A DNA stretch of 32,000 nt, from NCBI RefSeq assembly GCF_008189525.1, contig NZ_CP043314.1, positions 450,001 to 482,000 of the forward strand, in the 5' to 3' direction. The translations under genes and the position numbers were made by a program. Positions 25,926-32,000 of the stretch are shown here, piece after piece. Positions within the stretch are counted from its first letter, which is position 1. Every line of letters starts with the position of its first letter. The DNA comes from Candidatus Saccharimonadota bacterium (GTDB lineage: Bacteria > Pseudomonadota > Alphaproteobacteria > CAJXXZ01 > 1604HC). The notes under the pieces were generated by a model. That model was not told where the DNA came from and ran no database searches. It saw nothing but the letters and a program-made list of their open reading frames with translations.

Positions 25926-27816
25926 TCTTTCCCTTCAATTTTATCACTAAATCTTCTAGACTCAGCTGCTCTTGATTTCCTTCTATATCCCTTAAAGTCA
26001 CCAAACCTTTTTCCATTTCTTTCTTACCTATTACTATCAAATTAGGCACTCTTTTTTCTATGTACTTTCTTATTCTATAGCCAAGTTTTTCAGAGTGATC
26101 ATAATCTTCTAAACATTCCAAATCAAGGCCCTTAAGTATCTTTTTGATTTGTTTAGAAAAATCTTCAGCTTCTTTTACTAAAGGAAGTACTACAAATGGC
26201 GCTGGATGAACCCAAGCAGGAAGCAAGCCTTTTGTGTTTTCTATTAATATTCCTAAAAATCTCTCCAAAGAACCTAAAGCTGCATGATGAACTATAATCG
26301 GAGTTTTTTGAGATGAATCAGAGTCTGTATAAGTAGCTCCAAGTCTCTCAGCCAAAGAAAAATCTACCTGAACTGTTCCACATTGCCATACATGCTTCCT
26401 TTTGTCACATATAGAAAACTCTAATTTAGGACCATAAAAAGCACCTTCTCCTGGATTGATTTCACATTCTAGGTCACATTTATTTGCTGCTTCTTGCAAA
26501 GCTGACTCAGCCTCAGACCAAGAGTCATCATTTCCTATGTATTTCTCTGGTCTTGTAGATAACTTTACTTTTAACTCTTCAAAACCAAACTTCCTATAAA
26601 TCTCTTTAAGCATCTCACAAAAAGAAACTATAACATCAGTAATTTGATCTTCCATACAAAATACATGAGCATCATCTTGAGTAAATGCTCTTGTTCTCAT
26701 TAATCCATACAAAGAACCTGATGGTTCATATCTATGGCAATAACCAAATTCTGCTAGCCTAAATGGCAAATCCCTATAGCTTCTGTTTCTAAATTTAAAC
26801 ATATTTATATGAGCAGGACAGCTCATTGGTTTTAGAGCATAAGTTAGCTTGTCGAGATTAACAAACATCATATTTTCTTTAAACATCTCTTCATGACCTG
26901 ATTTTTTCCATAGATCTGAAGCCATTAGTACAGGTGTTTGCACTTCAGAATAGCCATACTTATCCCACATTTCTCTAATAAAGGTTTTCATTTTATTAAT
27001 AACCTTCGTTCCATTTGGAAGCCAATTGATCATTCCATTAGAAACATCATGATCTACAAAGCATATATCCATATTTTTGCATATATTTCTGTGATCCCAT
27101 TTTGCATTTTCTTCTAGCTCATCTAAATATTTTTTCAAATCTTGTTTGTTATGCCAAAAAGTACCAACTATCCTCTGTACATTCTGATAATCATATTTTG
27201 AACTCACACCTGATATTGAAACTAGTTTGTAATTATTACCTACATTTTTGGTGTTATTACCACATGCTTTAGAACACACAACCTTGTAATCACCTATTGA
27301 ACATATATTAATAGGTTCCTCACCTAGCAAGGAAATAAAACCTCTAGCGAAAGAATTATCTTCTTGATCAAAAATTTCCAAAGCTTCTTCTTTAGAATAA
27401 ACACTTTTACTAATAGCAGTTGATTTTCCTGTAATAACATTCATTTGCTTTTCTATTTTTTCGAAATCATTCTGAGAAACAGGATTTTCAGAGTAAAACT
27501 CTAGATAAAAACCATTCTCCAAAACTCCAGTTTCAATTATCTCTGCATCATCTTCGTAAATCTCTTTTATAGACTTAGAAAGGACATTAGCAGCATCTTG
27601 TCTTAATATAATTAAGTGGTATTCAGATCCTTTTTTGATTGGTTTAACAGAAATATGACCTGTCAATATACTATGCAAGTCATAAATATCGCCTTCATCT
27701 ACTGATCTAAACCCTACTATACCTTTTCCCTGGTCCCCTAAACTTTCCACAATTGCTAAAGCAGAAATACCAGATCCAAATTCCTGACTTCCATTTTCTA
27801 AACAAACTTCTATCAT
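25915..27816 (-). CDS. thrS: Threonyl-tRNA synthetase (full length)
   Basis: The class II core and anticodon-binding domain are collinear with E. coli ThrRS: DHRNI...KPMSCPAHINMF...SYRDLPFRLAEFGYCHRYEPSGSLYGLMRTRAFTQDDAHVFC...LSTRPEK.IGNDDSW...GEGAFYGPKLEF...WQCGTVQVDFSL.ERL...PIIVHHAALGSLERFLGILIE. Confidence 0.95.
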   Translation of the reverse strand: MIEVCLENGSQEFGSGISALAIVESLGDQGKGIVGFRSVDEGDIYDLHSILTGHISVKPIKKGSEYHLIILRQDAANVLSKSIKEIYEDDAEIIETGVLENGFYLEFYSENPVSQNDFEKIEKQMNVITGKSTAISKSVYSKEEALEIFDQEDNSFARGFISLLGEEPINICSIGDYKVVCSKACGNNTKNVGNNYKLVSISGVSSKYDYQNVQRIVGTFWHNKQDLKKYLDELEENAKWDHRNICKNMDICFVDHDVSNGMINWLPNGTKVINKMKTFIREMWDKYGYSEVQTPVLMASDLWKKSGHEEMFKENMMFVNLDKLTYALKPMSCPAHINMFKFRNRSYRDLPFRLAEFGYCHRYEPSGSLYGLMRTRAFTQDDAHVFCMEDQITDVIVSFCEMLKEIYRKFGFEELKVKLSTRPEKYIGNDDSWSEAESALQEAANKCDLECEINPGEGAFYGPKLEFSICDKRKHVWQCGTVQVDFSLAERLGATYTDSDSSQKTPIIVHHAALGSLERFLGILIENTKGLLPAWVHPAPFVVLPLVKEAEDFSKQIKKILKGLDLECLEDYDHSEKLGYRIRKYIEKRVPNLIVIGKKEMEKGLVTLRDIEGNQEQLSLEDLVIKLKGKNEE

Positions 27817-28532
27817 TAAATACCTTGTTTTTTCTGGCTTAAGTAATTTTTCAGATCTGCTTCAGTAGGCCAGTAAGTTCCATATATTCTCTGCATTTTT
27901 ATAGAACCATCATATAACCAAGAAGACTCACCTATTCCAAGAATCTCAAAATTATGACCTAAGAAATCATTATTAGTTGTTCTTGGCCCACCACAGATAT
28001 CTATATATCCACCATGAGAATAAAGCATCAAGCTTTCTTTCTTGCAATTCTTAACTATGTCAACCTTAAAGCTATCATTTTTAAATTCTCTCAAGCTTTT
28101 TGATTTAGACCAAATTTCCCTTAATATAGAATCTTTTCTTTCTATTATTTGAGACATTCTAAATTCTATTGCTGGAAAATCAGATTCACTAACTTTTTTC
28201 TCAGATATAAAATCAAATCCAAAAATAGATTCTTCATCGAAATATTGCTTTCCATACTGAACACCATCAAATAAATCTGACAATGCCTGAGCCAGAACAT
28301 GAGCTATATCATGCCTAAGCATATGCAAAGCTTCTTTGTCAGTTCTTCTGATAGGCTTTACTTCCTCTCCTTCAGGAATTTCAGAATGAAGGTCGTAAAC
28401 CTTTTTATCTCCTTCTGAACAAGAAACAAATCCTAATATATCAGAAGATAAACATAGCTCTTTAACTAACTCAAAGCATTTTATGCTTCTCCCAATGATT
28501 TTTTGACCGCTAAGTAAGTTTATTTTTACCAA
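27816..28532 (-). CDS. Stand-alone ThrRS N-terminal paralog (TGS + editing/second-additional domain only)
   Basis: The 238 aa are collinear with residues 1-~240 of ThrRS and retain LRHDIAHVL and YIDICGGP. The ORF ends at ...QRIYGTYWPTEADLKNYL, just before the point where the catalytic core begins in ThrS. It has a TTG start at 28532 with AGGAGG (28538-28543, minus strand) 5 nt upstream, and its TAA overlaps the thrS ATG (TAATG). Confidence 0.8.
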   Translation of the reverse strand: MVKINLLSGQKIIGRSIKCFELVKELCLSSDILGFVSCSEGDKKVYDLHSEIPEGEEVKPIRRTDKEALHMLRHDIAHVLAQALSDLFDGVQYGKQYFDEESIFGFDFISEKKVSESDFPAIEFRMSQIIERKDSILREIWSKSKSLREFKNDSFKVDIVKNCKKESLMLYSHGGYIDICGGPRTTNNDFLGHNFEILGIGESSWLYDGSIKMQRIYGTYWPTEADLKNYLSQKKQGI

Positions 28533-28703
28533 AGAACCCTCCTAATAAGAATTATAAGACAATAACAACCACATTAAAATACCATTTTTGACTAAATTCA
28601 TAATATTAAACCTAACTAAATAAACAGGCTATTAATTTTGCTAACACTTACAAAAAACAAAGAAACTCTTTTAAACTAAATAAAAAGGAGATATTTTTAT
28701 ATC

Positions 28704-29009
28704 ATGATAAGAATTTCTGATTCAGCAGCAAATGAAATGAAGAGAAGAAACAAAACAGCAATACAAGTAAGAACATTCTTTGGAGGCTGTAGTGGATATA
28801 AATATGAACTCTCTTTTCCAAACACATTTCCTGACAACGCAGAAATCTTAGAGTCAAATGGAATCACAGTTATTACAGATATATTTAGCGCAAAAAAATT
28901 AAAAGATTCTATTATAGATTTTAAATCCACACTTATGAATAGTAAGTTTGAAATAAAATCAAAAACATTCAAAAGAAATTGTCACTGTGGAACTTCTTTT
29001 TCTATATAA
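28704..29009 (+). CDS. HesB/IscA/ErpA-family iron-sulfur cluster insertion protein
   Basis: IRISDSAANEM...FFGGCSGYKYEL...IDF...SKFEIKS......CHCGTSFSI has the three conserved cluster-ligand Cys (C-x(n)-C-x-C) and the family length of ~100 aa. Confidence 0.85.
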   Translation: MIRISDSAANEMKRRNKTAIQVRTFFGGCSGYKYELSFPNTFPDNAEILESNGITVITDIFSAKKLKDSIIDFKSTLMNSKFEIKSKTFKRNCHCGTSFSI

Positions 29010-29055
29010 AGTATAATTTGTATTAAGTAAGCATAAGGTATATCATGTGATATAA

Positions 29056-29796
29056 GTGAATAAAATGAAAAATAGAAATATATTTTTTTCTTTAGTTAAT
29101 GGGTCAAATTTAAGCCCTAAACAAAAATATATTCCTGTTAAAAATTATAGTAATGTTTTATCAGAAGAAATAAACATTCAAGAAAATAAGCAAAATCAAG
29201 ATACTATTCTGTCAGAAAAAAACAATGATGATGATCTAGAATTCAGTTCTATAAACGAGCTTAGAACAAGCATGGCAAAAAATATAGATTTAGAGTTCAA
29301 GAAAGATGCAACTACCATGGTATTTGCAGATGGAGACCCTAACTCAAAAATAATGATAGTCGGAGAAGCACCTGGAGAAGAAGAGGATAAAAAAGGCAAA
29401 CCATTCATTGGAGATAGTGGAAAACTTTTAGAAGCAATGTTCGAAGCTGCACATATAAAAAGAAAACATATGTATATAACTAATGTAATTCCATGGAGGC
29501 CTCCTGCTAATAGAACTCCTACAAAAGAAGAAATTTCAAAATCTCAACCTTATTTACTAGAACATATAAGAATTATAAATCCTAAAATATTGGTTTTAGT
29601 TGGATCTATTGCTATGAAAGCTTTTACTAACACTTCAGAAGCCATTACAAAATCTAGAGGCATATTCAAAGAGCATAGAAATTGTCTTTATATCCCTATT
29701 TTCCATCCTTCTTATTTGTTAAGATCTCCAAGCAAAAAAAAGATATCATGGAATGATATTTTACAAATAAAAGAAAAATATAAAGAATTAATATAA
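29056..29796 (+). CDS. Uracil-DNA glycosylase, family 4-like, with ~80-aa N-terminal extension
   Basis: Motif A is MIVGEAPGEEEDKKGKPFIGDSGKLL; motif B is FHPSYLLRSP, with ITNVIPWRPPANRTPT between them. The track start is GTG at 29056, with an alternative ATG at 29065. Confidence 0.85.
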   Translation: MNKMKNRNIFFSLVNGSNLSPKQKYIPVKNYSNVLSEEINIQENKQNQDTILSEKNNDDDLEFSSINELRTSMAKNIDLEFKKDATTMVFADGDPNSKIMIVGEAPGEEEDKKGKPFIGDSGKLLEAMFEAAHIKRKHMYITNVIPWRPPANRTPTKEEISKSQPYLLEHIRIINPKILVLVGSIAMKAFTNTSEAITKSRGIFKEHRNCLYIPIFHPSYLLRSPSKKKISWNDILQIKEKYKELI

Positions 29797-29808
29797 AATT
29801 AGAAAAAT

Positions 29809-29837
29809 ATAACATTATATGCTGAATATAATGTTAT
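29809..29837. terminator. Candidate bidirectional hairpin terminator between the UDG gene and 23S rRNA
   Basis: Perfect 12-bp inverted repeat ATAACATTATAT-gctga-ATATAATGTTAT, flanked by T-rich sequence on both strands. The stem is all A/T, so thermodynamically weak. Confidence 0.35.
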
Positions 29838-29919
29838 TATTTGTGTATGAAATATAAGAAATTAAATAAAAAAATTTAAACAATTATTCAAAAAACACAG
29901 CATTTAAAATTTGTTGCGT

Positions 29920-32000
<2,081 letters not shown>

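Overview
This is a strongly AT-rich, gene-dense bacterial chromosome segment. A clear CtrA-type response regulator, small tightly packed and often overlapping housekeeping genes, and a 23S rRNA with no adjacent 5S suggest a reduced alphaproteobacterial (Rickettsiales/Holosporales-like) endosymbiont; that assignment is an inference. Most of the window is core: serS (partial), ctrA, tag, tRNA-Met/Ile2 and tRNA-Thr, a MarC-family protein, an M23 peptidase, the rpsB-tsf-pyrH-frr block, rpmH-rnpA, tRNA-Ser, mgtE, malic enzyme, tRNA-Leu, thrS-infC, an IscA-like protein, a family-4 UDG and about 2.1 kb of 23S rRNA. I saw no transposase, integrase, CRISPR array or recognisable defence/toxin genes. Six things stand out. 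(1) A free-standing copy of the ThrRS N-terminal TGS+editing module is translationally coupled to a full-length thrS whose own editing motif looks eroded. (2) A ~90-bp tandem array reiterates the 3' end of tRNA-Ser four to five times. (3) Next to that array lies an accessory-looking block: a Cys-rich PadR plus a flavoprotein with vicinal-Cys tails, ogt, a T4-DenV-like pyrimidine-dimer glycosylase and a divergent TspO. (4) A 1471-aa orphan protein with a signal peptide sits between rnpA and rpsB. (5) Low-complexity extensions or insertions occur in essential proteins (S2, RnpA). (6) There are smaller oddities: a non-canonical T-loop in tRNA-Thr, a UDG4 with one Cys, and a shortened MaeB C-terminus. 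All functional calls come from reading the translations by eye; no database search was run.
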